64,000 nucleotides of DNA from Thermodesulfobacteriota bacterium (GCA_965216785.1 OZ244197.1:2048001-2112000); one strand, 5' to 3'; positions 47,259 through 57,582 are shown, numbered from the stretch's first letter. Notes: a model not told the origin generated them from the letters alone. Translations and numbers: made by a program.

Positions 47259-47702
47259 CTACTTCGTTACCGGATAACCTTCTTCTTCCCAGGCTACAAT
47301 GCCGCCCTGTATATCGTAAATATCAATAAACCCGAGCTCTTCTAACTGAGCTCCGGCTATTTCGCTCCTTCTGCCGGAGCGGCAATGTATAACGTAGGTT
47401 TTTCCGGGGTCGAGCTTTGCGGCGTCTTCTCTGAAAGATTGGGACTTCACGTCTAAATTTATAGCATTTTCTATGTGTCCCTGGGAAAATTCCTCAGGAG
47501 TTCTTACATCCAGTATTATAAAATCGGGATTGCTCTTATTCTCTTCTATTAGCGAAGCCGTGTCTTTAACGCTAATCTGCTTTACCGGTGCGGCGCTCTC
47601 TTTTTGCTTTTCATTATCCTTGGCCAATAGCATAGGGCCGGCTGCCACAAGAAGACAGAAGAAGATCAGGGTCCATGTAAATGCACTGCGGAATCGGCTC
47701 AT
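47259..47702 (-). CDS. Exported rhodanese-like domain protein
   Basis: LDVRTPEEF..GHIENA, active-site loop CRSGRRS. Confidence 0.9.
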   Translation of the reverse strand: MSRFRSAFTWTLIFFCLLVAAGPMLLAKDNEKQKESAAPVKQISVKDTASLIEENKSNPDFIILDVRTPEEFSQGHIENAINLDVKSQSFREDAAKLDPGKTYVIHCRSGRRSEIAGAQLEELGFIDIYDIQGGIVAWEEEGYPVTK

Positions 47703-47851
47703 TTTATCAAATTACCCCCTTAGATATAATTTTATTGACTCTGCGTAACTTGGTTATTCTACCTTAATACCTCCATCCTAACATGTTAGATGTCGGTTTT
47801 TACTGTTAACTTGCACAAAATTCTAAAAGAAAAGTATAATTACTAAAGTAG

Positions 47852-50086
47852 ATGAATAATGTGAACAACTCCGGATCTAAAGATCCTTCGGGGACAATAG
47901 ACAAGAATTTAGGCGTTTTAATAAACATAGTTGAAGCTGTACATAAATCAAACGACCTAAATGAGATATACAACACCGCGCTCGACCTGGTGATTGAGCT
48001 CGAAAAGGTGGATATGGCCACTATTTACCTTGTCGACGAGTCAAAGAACGAAGCGGTGCTGCAGGCGCAGCGTAACTTCCCTGAAGACTATGTTAAGAAC
48101 GCCTCTCGTATACCCCGCGGGAGAGGGATTACCTGGCACGTCATTCAAACCGGGGAGATCTTAAACGTCGAGGACGTACACAAGCATCCCGTAGGTCCGG
48201 CCGGTAAAAGAGTGGGTTTTCACGGAGTTTTGGGCGTTCCCATTATGCTCGATCAAAAAGCGATCGGGGTTATCTACTTTGTAAGATACGAGGATGAGAA
48301 ATTTACGCAGAGCGAAGTCGAGTTACTAACGACTATCGGAGACCAAATTGCTATCGCTATCGCGAGAGCCAAACAGACGCAGGAGCTTGAACGGCGGAAT
48401 CAGAATCTATCGGTGCTTAGCGCTATTACCGAAAACGTGCATAAATCTGTCGACCTTGAGAACACTTATGAATCGTTTCTGAAAATGACTGAGGACATCG
48501 ATGTTTTTGATCTGATGGTGCTGTATCTTATTGAGGGCACAGGGCAAGATCAAGTGGCCGTGCTGCAGATACAGAGCGGGTTCCCGCAAGAGTATCTTGA
48601 TAGAGCCAGCAGGATACCGCGCGGGGTCGGGGTTACGTGGAAGGTTATCGAGTCGGGCGAGCATTCATACTATGAGAGCATGAACGACGAAGAGAACGTA
48701 GTAGGTCCCGCGGGAAGAGCTCTCGGGTCCCGTTCGATACTGTCGATTCCCCTTAAATCAGCCAGCCAGACCATAGGCGTTATTCATTTTATGAGCCTGG
48801 AAAAAAAGTCGTTCAGCAAAATAGAGATGGACATTTTGTTCTCGCTCGGAAACCAGATTGGTACCGCGATATCCAAAGCTAAGACTTTCAAGGAAGCGAG
48901 CGACAGGGCGCTTGAGCTGGAGAGTCTTTACGAGAACCTGCAGTCGGCGCAGAGCCAGTTAATACAGTCTGAAAAACTCGCATCGCTCGGGCAGCTTGTC
49001 TCGAGCATCGCGCATGAAATCAATAACCCCCTGACCCCGATACTCGGTTACTCGCAGTTGCTTATTTCCCAGTCATCCGTAGACCCGGTGAAACAAGACA
49101 AGTTCCTGGGAGTGATTCACGAATCCGCGGAAAAGGTAAAGAGAATTGTGGAAAACCTCCTGTCTTTCGCGAGGACCGACAAGCCCAACAGGGAATACAC
49201 GGACATAAATAAAATTGTGGAAAAAGCCGTTGAATTTAGAGAGTACCAGCTGGGTGTGGAAAATATCGAAATTCAAAGAGATTATGACTCTGAGCTTCCC
49301 AAGACCATGGCGGACGCAAACCAGATGCAGCAGGTGTTTACGAATATAATATTAAATGCCTACTACGCGATGGTAAACGGGGAAAACGGCAGCGGGAGAC
49401 TAACAGTCTCCACCTGCTCAGATGACGAGAAAGAGCTGAAAATCATGATATCGGACAATGGTCCCGGTATTGAAGAGGAGGTGCTAAAGAAAATTTTTGA
49501 CCCGTTCTTTACGACAAAACCACTGGGGATAGGCACTGGGCTTGGTCTTTCGGTGTCCTATGGGATTGTAAAAGAGCATCAGGGTGAAATAGTAGTTGAT
49601 ACAGAACTAGGCAAAGGCACGAAATTTACAGTCATACTACCTGTGATCGATTACAGTGAGTACATGTATATGCAGAGTATGACTCTGGAAGAGGAGCAAT
49701 TAAGCGATATGAGTAGCAATAAGGCAAATATAGAGAAAGTTCTAATTGTAGAGGACGAGGAGATTATTACTACCTTGATAAAGGGCATCCTGGAGAATGG
49801 GGGCTATAGCGTTGATCTGGCGTCAAACGGCGAGGACGCGCTCGCGAAGATAGACGGAAACAATTACGTCTTTATAGTGTGTGATATCAAGATGCCTCAG
49901 ATGGACGGTAAGGAGTTTTTTAGCAGAATTAGGGTATTAAATGAAGGACTCGCGTCAAAAATCCTGTTTATGACGGGTGACCCGAGCAAGGAAACACTCG
50001 ACTTTATTCGGGAGACCGGCAACAGTTACCTTGCCAAGCCGTTTAAGATTGAGGAGTTTATGGAGGCTATTACGGATTTGGGTTGA
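47852..50086 (+). CDS. Cytoplasmic hybrid histidine kinase: 2 GAF + HisKA + HATPase + REC
   Basis: Duplicated [48 protein letters not shown]. Confidence 0.9.
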   Translation: MNNVNNSGSKDPSGTIDKNLGVLINIVEAVHKSNDLNEIYNTALDLVIELEKVDMATIYLVDESKNEAVLQAQRNFPEDYVKNASRIPRGRGITWHVIQTGEILNVEDVHKHPVGPAGKRVGFHGVLGVPIMLDQKAIGVIYFVRYEDEKFTQSEVELLTTIGDQIAIAIARAKQTQELERRNQNLSVLSAITENVHKSVDLENTYESFLKMTEDIDVFDLMVLYLIEGTGQDQVAVLQIQSGFPQEYLDRASRIPRGVGVTWKVIESGEHSYYESMNDEENVVGPAGRALGSRSILSIPLKSASQTIGVIHFMSLEKKSFSKIEMDILFSLGNQIGTAISKAKTFKEASDRALELESLYENLQSAQSQLIQSEKLASLGQLVSSIAHEINNPLTPILGYSQLLISQSSVDPVKQDKFLGVIHESAEKVKRIVENLLSFARTDKPNREYTDINKIVEKAVEFREYQLGVENIEIQRDYDSELPKTMADANQMQQVFTNIILNAYYAMVNGENGSGRLTVSTCSDDEKELKIMISDNGPGIEEEVLKKIFDPFFTTKPLGIGTGLGLSVSYGIVKEHQGEIVVDTELGKGTKFTVILPVIDYSEYMYMQSMTLEEEQLSDMSSNKANIEKVLIVEDEEIITTLIKGILENGGYSVDLASNGEDALAKIDGNNYVFIVCDIKMPQMDGKEFFSRIRVLNEGLASKILFMTGDPSKETLDFIRETGNSYLAKPFKIEEFMEAITDLG

Positions 50087-50244
50087 GCGCAAGCGCTGTG
50101 TGTCTCATGAGCCTTTATTGCTATGGGGCCGGGCGCGTACGCTCGTTCAAAACCGCTCCTGATTTTGTACGTTCCTGTTTAAACCCTGTAGAGGGAGACG
50201 TATAATTAATAGCGCGGGAGATTCTTTAGCGCCGGAGGCTAAGT

Positions 50245-50841
50245 ATGAGCAGTAGTAGAATTATGATCGCGCTGTTTTTGCTGGTCACACTCTCGGTATC
50301 AAGTGCCGAAGAGGTAAAGAACGACTCGGTGCCTGCGGGCACCGGTATCGGGCAGATTCCGGAGGTGAACGAGGTAACGAGGCTCGGCACGAGCTCGCTT
50401 GTTGCCGAGTATATGCCCATGGATAAGGGGAACGCCTGGACTTACAGTATTAAAAAAGACGGTAATATAAAAGAGCATACTCAGAGCGTAGTGTCGGAAA
50501 GCGGAGGCTGGTCGGTGTTCGATAACTATTTCGGAAAGGACGCTGTTTCGCTCAGGATTGCTCCCGGAGGCGAGCTGCTGGTGACAAGCGAAGGTGTGGT
50601 GAGCTCTTTTTACAACGATGAGGTTACTACGAGCTTTCCCGAGGAGGCCGTTGAGACACCGGGGGGCAAATTTGAGCAGGCCATGGTGGTAACCATCCCT
50701 GAGGACAAAGAATTCTGGTTCCGGGACGTATATGTAAAAGGGGTGGGCCTTGTCTTTCACGAGCATAAAACCCCAAAAGGCAGTACTTCCTATTCACTTC
50801 TGAAAGCCAATGTCGGCGGTAGCGTATATCCTGCGGAATGA
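50245..50841 (+). CDS. Hypothetical exported protein
   Basis: Signal peptide, YMP...GN.W.Y, VETPGGKF, YVKGVGLV. Confidence 0.65.
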   Translation: MSSSRIMIALFLLVTLSVSSAEEVKNDSVPAGTGIGQIPEVNEVTRLGTSSLVAEYMPMDKGNAWTYSIKKDGNIKEHTQSVVSESGGWSVFDNYFGKDAVSLRIAPGGELLVTSEGVVSSFYNDEVTTSFPEEAVETPGGKFEQAMVVTIPEDKEFWFRDVYVKGVGLVFHEHKTPKGSTSYSLLKANVGGSVYPAE

Positions 50842-51133
50842 CACTATAGATTAAGCGCGCACAAGGCTTACTAACCGCTCCGTTTACTTCCCTCAGGAAG
50901 AAAATTATCTCACTTGCCACGCGCCGTTCAATATAACTGCACTACATAATTACCCCATCAAAAATACATTGATTACCCGATTGATTATTCCCCCCGGATA
51001 AAAGATAATAAACTTATTCACTTTAAGCTGAGTGTTTATAAGATGAGACAGTGGATAAATATTTGTTCGGGCAGGATGAATACAAACTAAAAATGAGTAG
51101 GTTGGGATATGAATAAAAATAGCACCGGGGATA

Positions 51134-51583
51134 TTGCTGCCCTGTTATAAAATGCAGGCGAATGCCGTGAATGAGTACCGGGATATGCGTATGGAAAGCT
51201 CTGTATATACCACTAAAGGAAAAAGCAGTCAGATGGAGTTAGCCAAATTTGAGAATATAGACGCGATAATGATTCCGACCGAGGGGTGCCGGGAAGGGCT
51301 TATCGTGATTCAAAATAAAGGCGATTCGATGGAGAAGCTTATAATGGACGGCTCTAAGGTTGTAGTGGACACCTCAAGCACTGTCATCGTGTCGGGCTCT
51401 ATTTACGCGCTTTCCGTACCGTGGGAGGGATGTATCCTGCGGGAATGCCACGCGGAACCCGATAGGTTGATCCTTAGACCTCATAACAAGAATTATCCTC
51501 AGACTACGCTTAAATGGGACGAGTTTGACCCCGCTATGGTTATCGGAAAGGTGTTCTGTAGTGTCATTAACGTGTTCAGGTGA
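51134..51583 (+). CDS. Peptidase S24 (LexA/CI C-terminal)-like domain-only protein, probably inactive; start uncertain
   Basis: GDSM, I.DG..VVVD, L.P.N.NYP, VIGKV. The catalytic Lys position reads R (EGCILRE). No HTH domain. Confidence 0.65.
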   Translation: MLPCYKMQANAVNEYRDMRMESSVYTTKGKSSQMELAKFENIDAIMIPTEGCREGLIVIQNKGDSMEKLIMDGSKVVVDTSSTVIVSGSIYALSVPWEGCILRECHAEPDRLILRPHNKNYPQTTLKWDEFDPAMVIGKVFCSVINVFR

Positions 51584-51655
51584 TTTGGAAAATATGTGTA
51601 ACTGACAGCGGAGAAAGGCAGTAGAATCGAATAATATTCTTGAAGGAGGGGATGT

Positions 51656-52189
51656 ATGAATACGAAGAATACGGCTATATTGCACGAAGTGCCGGACTGC
51701 GATTTCCGAAGCACGTTCTGGGGTATGAGCATAGAGGGGGTCAAACACTCCGAACCCAGTAAGCCAGAGAGCGAGAGCCCCTCGCACTTGAGCTACAAGG
51801 ACACCGTTTTAGAGCTTGACACCGTAGTGGGATATCATTTTATCGACAATTCCCTTGTAGAGGCGGGGTATGCCTTTCGTGAGCAGTATGAGCGTGAGGG
51901 GCTGTATATAGAGCAGTACGGAAAGTTAAAGGATTACCTCTCGGCCATTTACGGCTCGCCGATGCTGGATGAAGACATAAACACCTTCTGCCCTGACGCG
52001 GGCGGGGAGGGTGAGCAGGAGCCTGAAAGCCTGATGCTTCTTACCGAGTGGCTTACTGACCGCTCGATTATCAGAATGATCCTGATGGGTGATGTGCAAA
52101 GATGCGAGTTCGGTGTACTACACAGGAGCCGGGGGCACATTCACGTGATCGAGAGTACGGAGAAGTCGGTCAAGTGGGGGATAAATTAG
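51656..52189 (+). CDS. Hypothetical protein, 'FR.T.WGMS' family, no signal peptide
   Basis: DFRSTFWGMS, VGYHF.D..L..AGY, YG.P..D, CEFGV. Aligns with 26595-27167. AGGAGG SD. Confidence 0.7.
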   Translation: MNTKNTAILHEVPDCDFRSTFWGMSIEGVKHSEPSKPESESPSHLSYKDTVLELDTVVGYHFIDNSLVEAGYAFREQYEREGLYIEQYGKLKDYLSAIYGSPMLDEDINTFCPDAGGEGEQEPESLMLLTEWLTDRSIIRMILMGDVQRCEFGVLHRSRGHIHVIESTEKSVKWGIN

Positions 52190-52206
52190 ACTATCATCCG
52201 GGGCGC

Positions 52207-52555
52207 TTAATTTTGTTCCTGCCCCCGGTATTATTTTATCCTGCTCTCGCTCACACAATACGTTCACTCGCCGCCCCCACCGGCATCGCTGTGTTTTTAT
52301 TAATACCCCCGGATCGTGCTTCGCACTCCCGGCTGCCCCCAGTCTCTGTGCTCTTAAATTTATTCCTGCCCCGGCATCGCTGTGAGACGCTCGCCTCTGT
52401 CCCCATAATTTTATTCCAACCCCGGCATCGCTGTGAGTTTTATTTTATCCTGCTCTCACTCACACACTACGTTCACTCGCGGCCCCCAGCCTCTGTCCTC
52501 TTAATTTTATTCCAACCCCGGCATCGCTGTGAGACGCTCGCCTCTGTCCCCATAA
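52207..52555. repeat. Modular REP-like repeat cluster, copy 4 (about 8 modules)
   Basis: CCCCGGCATCGCTGTGAG x3, (GACGCTCG)CCTCTGTCC x3, CTGCTCTCRCTCACACA..ACGTTCACTCGC x2. Confidence 0.9.
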
Positions 52556-52649
52556 ATAAAATTGTAATTTCACCCTTGCTTCGTTAAAATTTTTTTAAGC
52601 TTGAGTTGATTTGGAGTGGGAAAAACTAAAGAGGGAGGTTTTACCTGCT

Positions 52650-53183
52650 ATGAGGGTATCCATATTATTCCTAACGGGACTTTTGTTTTTAGCTGTCGCC
52701 GCAACTTCCGGCGCATACACAAAGCCAAGTGACGTTTATGGCTGGGAGAATCTCAAGTGGGGTATGCCCGCAAGTGAGGTCGAAAGCGTTTTGGGTAAAG
52801 GCGTTATAAAGAGGCAGGTCAAGCACGATAAACAGGACGGTGTGTATACCGATCTTGAAATGAAGGACATTAATATAGGCGGAAGCAAGTTCAGGGCAAG
52901 CATCTGGATGGATGAGGACACAAAGGAGCTCTCCAAGATCGTTTTTGTCCCTCAGGCTAAAGCAGATGGGTATAGCTTGGCCGAAACTTTCATAAAGCTC
53001 GAGGAGAGCCTGGCTGAAAAATACGGGGATCCGGACGTAGAGAAGACATCTAATGATCCGGGCACATCCGCAGAAAGGGTTTGGAATTTTCCCTCTACCG
53101 AAATTGAGCTGTCGTACCTGAAAATCGAGGACTCGGAGCTCCTCCTGCTTATATTCTCTGAAAGAGAGAAACTCCCGGAGTAA
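52650..53183 (+). CDS. Hypothetical exported protein, 'WGM' family
   Basis: Signal peptide, GWENLKWGM...EV, L.EKYGDP, W.FP.T.I.L. Confidence 0.65.
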   Translation: MRVSILFLTGLLFLAVAATSGAYTKPSDVYGWENLKWGMPASEVESVLGKGVIKRQVKHDKQDGVYTDLEMKDINIGGSKFRASIWMDEDTKELSKIVFVPQAKADGYSLAETFIKLEESLAEKYGDPDVEKTSNDPGTSAERVWNFPSTEIELSYLKIEDSELLLLIFSEREKLPE

Positions 53184-53353
53184 GAGCGCTGCCGCTCCGT
53201 GACGCGCCAACGACTATAACAGCAACGGACGCGTTGGAAAAGATATCTCTATATCTTGCCGGACCTGCTCACTTAGCTATATAACCCTGAAAATAAACAC
53301 TGGAAGGCTATTCAGTACATGTTATGATTACAAAAAAATTTAGGAGGGAATTC

Positions 53354-53944
53354 ATGAATAGGATTTCACTGTTTTCAGTATTGGTTTTGATGCTCGTCTC
53401 ATTTGCCGCGGGAGCTTTTGCTCAGGAAGCGGCGGAAACTGAGATAGAGGCTGGTAAAAAGGGAATCGAAGTAGCCGGAGCAATACAGATGACGGCCACT
53501 GTGCAGGCTATCAACGTAAACGAGAGGGAAGTTGTGCTCGCGAACGACGCCGGTGACGTGAAGGTTATTGAAGCGGGTCCCGAAGTTAAAAACTTTGACC
53601 AGATCGAGGTAGGAGACAAAGTGGTAATCGAGTATTATGAGTCCGTCGCGCTTTTCCTGGGCAGCTCTGAGGACAAACCCGAAGGCGCGCAAGCTCAGGC
53701 GGTGATGACTGCGGAAAAAGGGGAAAAGCCCGCGCTGCTCACGGTTGACGTTCTTGACGCAGTGGCAGAGGTGGTTTCGATCGATAAAGAAAACAGAAAG
53801 GTGGAATTAAAAGGGCCAGAAGGAAAGGTTGTGACAGTTAATGTCGAGCCTGAGATCGGGGACCTGGAAAATATTAAGGTCGGAGACAAAATACGCGTCC
53901 AATATACAGAGGCTCTGGCGGTTTCGGTACAGAGCCCGGAATAA
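53354..53944 (+). CDS. Exported protein with two OB-fold-like repeats
   Basis: Signal peptide and duplicated A.V..I....R.V.L....G.V.......V..F..I.VGDK. AGGAGG SD. Confidence 0.75.
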   Translation: MNRISLFSVLVLMLVSFAAGAFAQEAAETEIEAGKKGIEVAGAIQMTATVQAINVNEREVVLANDAGDVKVIEAGPEVKNFDQIEVGDKVVIEYYESVALFLGSSEDKPEGAQAQAVMTAEKGEKPALLTVDVLDAVAEVVSIDKENRKVELKGPEGKVVTVNVEPEIGDLENIKVGDKIRVQYTEALAVSVQSPE

Positions 53945-53973
53945 CCCAAGATTAATAAAAGAATATAATTAGT

Positions 53974-54021
53974 CCCCACCTGTCCGGCGTTCTCGAAAAT
54001 GCGGGGCAGGCGGGGAGCTTT
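53974..54021 (+). terminator. Putative intrinsic terminator
   Basis: CCCCACCTGTCC...GGGGCAGGCGGGG hairpin followed by a short T-run. Confidence 0.5.
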
Positions 54022-54262
54022 CCCTAATCTCTGGTGCGCTATAGTATTTATCTTGGCTGTAGCTAATTAAAATGGTACTCCACCATCTGTTCCTTAAATA
54101 GCGGTTATATCATATAATATTCCGTGCTATATTATTGTATTAAAGGGAATGTAACTGGGCCGCATCGCCGTTGGTCTCTTAATTTCTTTGCTTGAGAATT
54201 GTGAGCCGCGCCGCTATAGAGCCCAGAGGTGTGATGGGTTATTTTTTTTTACAGGAGAAGGA

Positions 54263-55987
54263 ATGATGAAGAGAGCTATCCAATCGATACCCCGTCTGGG
54301 TAAGTGCTTAGTTCTATTTGCTTTAACCCTTAGCTTTTCACCAGCATACGCACAAGTAATCGAGACCGAAGAGCGTTCCGTGTCGCCGCAGCTGAAGATA
54401 AACCACACCTCTGAGCGTGGGATGAGAAGAATGGGGAAGCGGGACGGCAGGGGATTTAAATTTAAAACCAGATCAATGGACGGGAGCGGGAATAATAAGA
54501 AAAACCCTGAAATGGGGGCAGCGTTTACCGAGCTCTCAAGACTCCTCCCGGCAGATTACGCTGACGGCGTATCCGCGCTTTCAGGGCAGAGCCGCCCGAG
54601 CGCGAGAGCCGTGAGCAACGCCGTTAGCGCGCAGACTGGCTCTGTGCCGAACTCGCTCAATACAAGCGATTACCTCTGGCAGTGGGGACAGTTCGTAGAC
54701 CATGATATAGACCTTACCGAAGGGGTAGATCCCCCAGAGCCGGCTGATATTGCGGTCCCGGCCGGTGATATGTATTTCGATCCGGATGCGACCGGGACGC
54801 AGGTGATCGAATTTAACCGTTCTATTTATATTGCGGATACAGGTACTTCAGCGGATAACCCAAGGCAGCAGATGAATGAGATCACGGCATGGGTAGACGC
54901 CTCGAACGTCTACGGATCTGACGATGAGAGGGCGAGCGCGCTCCGCACAAACGACGGCACCGGAAAGCTCAAGACTAGCGAAGGAGACTTGCTCCCCTTT
55001 AACATTGACGGATTCCCAAACGCCGGGGGAGATTCCGACGCTCTATTTTTCGCCGGTGACGTGAGAGCAAACGAGCAGGTCGGGCTTGCCACTCTCCACA
55101 CTCTGTTTGTCAGAGAGCACAACCGTATGGCAGAGGAGTTTAAGCGCGAGCACCCGAGATGGGACGGGGACAAGATATACGAGAAAACAAGGCGCATGGT
55201 GGGAGCCCAGATGCAGGTGATTACGTATAATGAATTCCTCCCTGCACTGCTGGGACCGGGCGCGATTTCTCCTTACCAAGGCTATGACAAAAAAGTTGAC
55301 AGTTCTATAATGAATATGTTCTCAACAGCGGCGTACAGGTTCGGGCACAGCGCGCTAAGCCCGACGCTCCTTCGGCTGGACGCTTCGGGCAGTGTGATCC
55401 CTGAAGGAAACCTGGAGCTGAGAGACGCTTTTTTCAACCCCGAGGCCCTGATTAACGAAGGCGGGATAGAGCCGGTTCTAAGAGGCCTTGCGGCTCAGGC
55501 TCACCAGAGGATCGATCCCCTTATAATAGACGACGTGCGGAATTTCCTGTTCGGCCCTCCCGGAGCGGGCGGGTTTGACCTGGCCTCGCTAAACATCCAA
55601 AGGGGCAGGGACCACGCTCTTCCGAGCTATAACGACGTAAGGGAAGGACTCGGGCTGACAAGGGCTCAGGATTTCTCCGACATAAGCTCTGATCAGGAAG
55701 TGGTGGATCGTCTTTCTTCTGTATACGATAGCGTGGACGATGTTGATTTGTGGGTAGGCGGGCTTTCCGAAGACCCGATGCCGGGCGCTCACGTGGGAGA
55801 GCTCTTTTACGAGATAATAACTATGCAGTTTGAGGCTCTTCGGGACGGAGACCGCATGTGGTACACCCGCATGCTGAATAGAAAAGAGATAAGAGAAATC
55901 GAGAATACTAAGCTCTCTGATATTATAAGAAGGAATACCGGTATCGAAGGGGAAATTCCCGACGACGTGTTCCGTGTGAGCAATTGA
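54263..55987 (+). CDS. Exported animal-type heme peroxidase (peroxidase-cyclooxygenase superfamily)
   Basis: RSMDGSGNN, distal WGQFVDHD, T.WVDASNVYGS, GDVRANEQ, REHNR, proximal AYRFGHS, NIQRGRDH. AGGAG SD before ATG 54263. Confidence 0.93.
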   Translation: MMKRAIQSIPRLGKCLVLFALTLSFSPAYAQVIETEERSVSPQLKINHTSERGMRRMGKRDGRGFKFKTRSMDGSGNNKKNPEMGAAFTELSRLLPADYADGVSALSGQSRPSARAVSNAVSAQTGSVPNSLNTSDYLWQWGQFVDHDIDLTEGVDPPEPADIAVPAGDMYFDPDATGTQVIEFNRSIYIADTGTSADNPRQQMNEITAWVDASNVYGSDDERASALRTNDGTGKLKTSEGDLLPFNIDGFPNAGGDSDALFFAGDVRANEQVGLATLHTLFVREHNRMAEEFKREHPRWDGDKIYEKTRRMVGAQMQVITYNEFLPALLGPGAISPYQGYDKKVDSSIMNMFSTAAYRFGHSALSPTLLRLDASGSVIPEGNLELRDAFFNPEALINEGGIEPVLRGLAAQAHQRIDPLIIDDVRNFLFGPPGAGGFDLASLNIQRGRDHALPSYNDVREGLGLTRAQDFSDISSDQEVVDRLSSVYDSVDDVDLWVGGLSEDPMPGAHVGELFYEIITMQFEALRDGDRMWYTRMLNRKEIREIENTKLSDIIRRNTGIEGEIPDDVFRVSN

Positions 55988-56017
55988 TTCTGCTGTTAAT
56001 TGAATGAAGGAGAGTGT

Positions 56018-56356
56018 ATGAAGACCGAGATTGTAATGAGGGTTTTGATGTGGCTTCTTTTCGCTCTATTTACTTTGGGCCCGTTTTACGCGGGTTTTAC
56101 GAGTGACTTTAATTATCAGGCTTTCGCACAGCCCGATGACGGCACAGCTGAGCCGCCTAGAGATGGACGCGGAGGGCCGCCCGAAGAAGCTGTCGCCGCA
56201 TGCCAAGGGCTTAATGAAGGTGAAGTGTGCTCGTTTGAGTCTCCGAGAGGAGATTTGATACTTGGTATCTGTAAGATGACAAGAGCAGAGGTAAAAGCGT
56301 GTGTTCCGGAAGGGGGTCCTCCGGGAGGGCCACCGCCGCCTAAAGAAAATGAGTAG
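56018..56356 (+). CDS. Small exported protein with a 4-Cys 'PP.EA..AC...EG..CSF' domain
   Basis: Hydrophobic N-terminus, GGPPEEAVAACQGLNEGEVCSF...GIC...ACVP, Pro-rich tail. Confidence 0.75.
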   Translation: MKTEIVMRVLMWLLFALFTLGPFYAGFTSDFNYQAFAQPDDGTAEPPRDGRGGPPEEAVAACQGLNEGEVCSFESPRGDLILGICKMTRAEVKACVPEGGPPGGPPPPKENE

Positions 56357-56436
56357 CTGTTAAAAAGTAAGTCCCTTGTAAATGAGCTGAGAGCGTAAGC
56401 TCATACGCCCTCAGCCGAACTGTTTAATATTTAATG

Positions 56437-57471
56437 TTATTCCGCCCAGGGCAAAAGCACTACGTTTCCGCCGACTTTATTACCCGCTATAAGTTTATGC
56501 GCCAGCGAAGCTTCCTTTAAAGGCAGGGTTTTCCCGACTACCGCTTTAATTTTGCCTTCTTTGACTTGTTCAAGGCCCCATTGCAGATCTTCTTTATCAC
56601 CTGATAATGTGCCTCTTAGCTGTTTCTGAGTGAAGAAGAAGTTTCGTATGTCAAACGTGGTCTCTGTTCCCGCGACGAACCCGAAAATAACTATAACTCC
56701 GAGCTGTTTAGCCGCGTCGATGCTCCTGGGGAGCACGTCGCCCCCGAGGTTGTCTATGACTACGTCCGCGCCTTGGCCTTCGGTCCACTCGATCACTTTC
56801 TCGACGAAATCTTCTTTCTCGGTGTTGATTATGAGATCAGCGCCTACTCGTTTCGCGAGCTCTCCTTTCTCGTCGCTCCTGACAGTGGTCGCGACCTGAG
56901 CTCCAAGGGCTTTGGCCACCTGAATCTGCATACTCCCGGAGCCTGAGGCGCCCGAATGTATCAGCACTTTATCTCCGGCTACTACGCCTCCGACTTTCTT
57001 AACCGCCCTTACACCTGAGGCGAGAACCACAGGGAGCGTGGCGGTCTCTTCGGGCGTGAGCCCGGTATCGTCTTTTACAATCCACTCTTCCGGGGTTTCT
57101 AAATACTGAGCGTAAGTGCCCGGTGTGCCGAGACCCTGAAGCGTAAAGCTGGGAGCTGTAGCCGCAGGACGCACGCCGTATTCATTCTTTTCAACTGGGA
57201 ATCCCGGAACCGTGATTACGCGATCTCCAACGGAAAAGCCTGTTACGTCTTCGCCTACTGCTTCGATTTCTCCTGACGCGTCGATTCCCAAAATGTGCGG
57301 GAAGGCAAGCTCAGGCGTTACCGAGCCTTCTCTTATATAGTGATCAAGCCTGTTTACCCCGGAAGCGAGTATTTTTACAAGAACATGCCCCGGACGTACA
57401 CCCGGCTTTGCAACGTCTTCGTATCTTAATACGTCAGCGTCGCCAAATCCGTGTATTACAGATGCTTTCAT
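56437..57471 (-). CDS. Zinc-independent MDR / NADPH:quinone oxidoreductase
   Basis: MKA....FG...VL, GVNRLD, PHILGID.SG, HSGASGSG, GADVVID. AAGGAG SD before ATG 57471. Confidence 0.88.
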   Translation of the reverse strand: MKASVIHGFGDADVLRYEDVAKPGVRPGHVLVKILASGVNRLDHYIREGSVTPELAFPHILGIDASGEIEAVGEDVTGFSVGDRVITVPGFPVEKNEYGVRPAATAPSFTLQGLGTPGTYAQYLETPEEWIVKDDTGLTPEETATLPVVLASGVRAVKKVGGVVAGDKVLIHSGASGSGSMQIQVAKALGAQVATTVRSDEKGELAKRVGADLIINTEKEDFVEKVIEWTEGQGADVVIDNLGGDVLPRSIDAAKQLGVIVIFGFVAGTETTFDIRNFFFTQKQLRGTLSGDKEDLQWGLEQVKEGKIKAVVGKTLPLKEASLAHKLIAGNKVGGNVVLLPWAE

Positions 57472-57516
57472 GATATTTTTCTCCTTTTGAAATGATTTTG
57501 TCGAACCGATTGAAAT

Positions 57517-57558
57517 AAAAAAACGGCGGAGGAGAACTGGTCTCATCCGCCGCTTTTT
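57517..57558 (-). terminator. Terminator-like hairpin between the small secreted gene and the oxidoreductase
   Basis: CGGCGGA/TCCGCCG stem flanked by A7 and T5. Confidence 0.6.
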
Positions 57559-57582
57559 CCGGGCTTGCGTGCGCAAGCCATT

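Noticed and set aside
51042-51116. Remnant HTH end (VDKYLFGQDEY) upstream of the S24 domain
   Set aside because: Too short and bounded by stops to distinguish from chance.
52207-52555. Possible CRISPR array
   Set aside because: The intervening segments are themselves repeated modules of irregular length rather than unique spacers, no cas genes are present, and the same modules occur at three other loci.
52102-52587. 161-aa ORF, plus ORFs 30509-31015 (-) and 38115-38654 (+) that cross the same repeats
   Set aside because: The shared peptide (LSLTHYV.SRPPASVL) is only the translation of the DNA repeat, and these ORFs overlap real genes.
54150-54180. ECF promoter TGTAAC...GTCT before the peroxidase
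   Set aside because: The spacer is 18 nt (or 13 nt to CGT), off the usual spacing.
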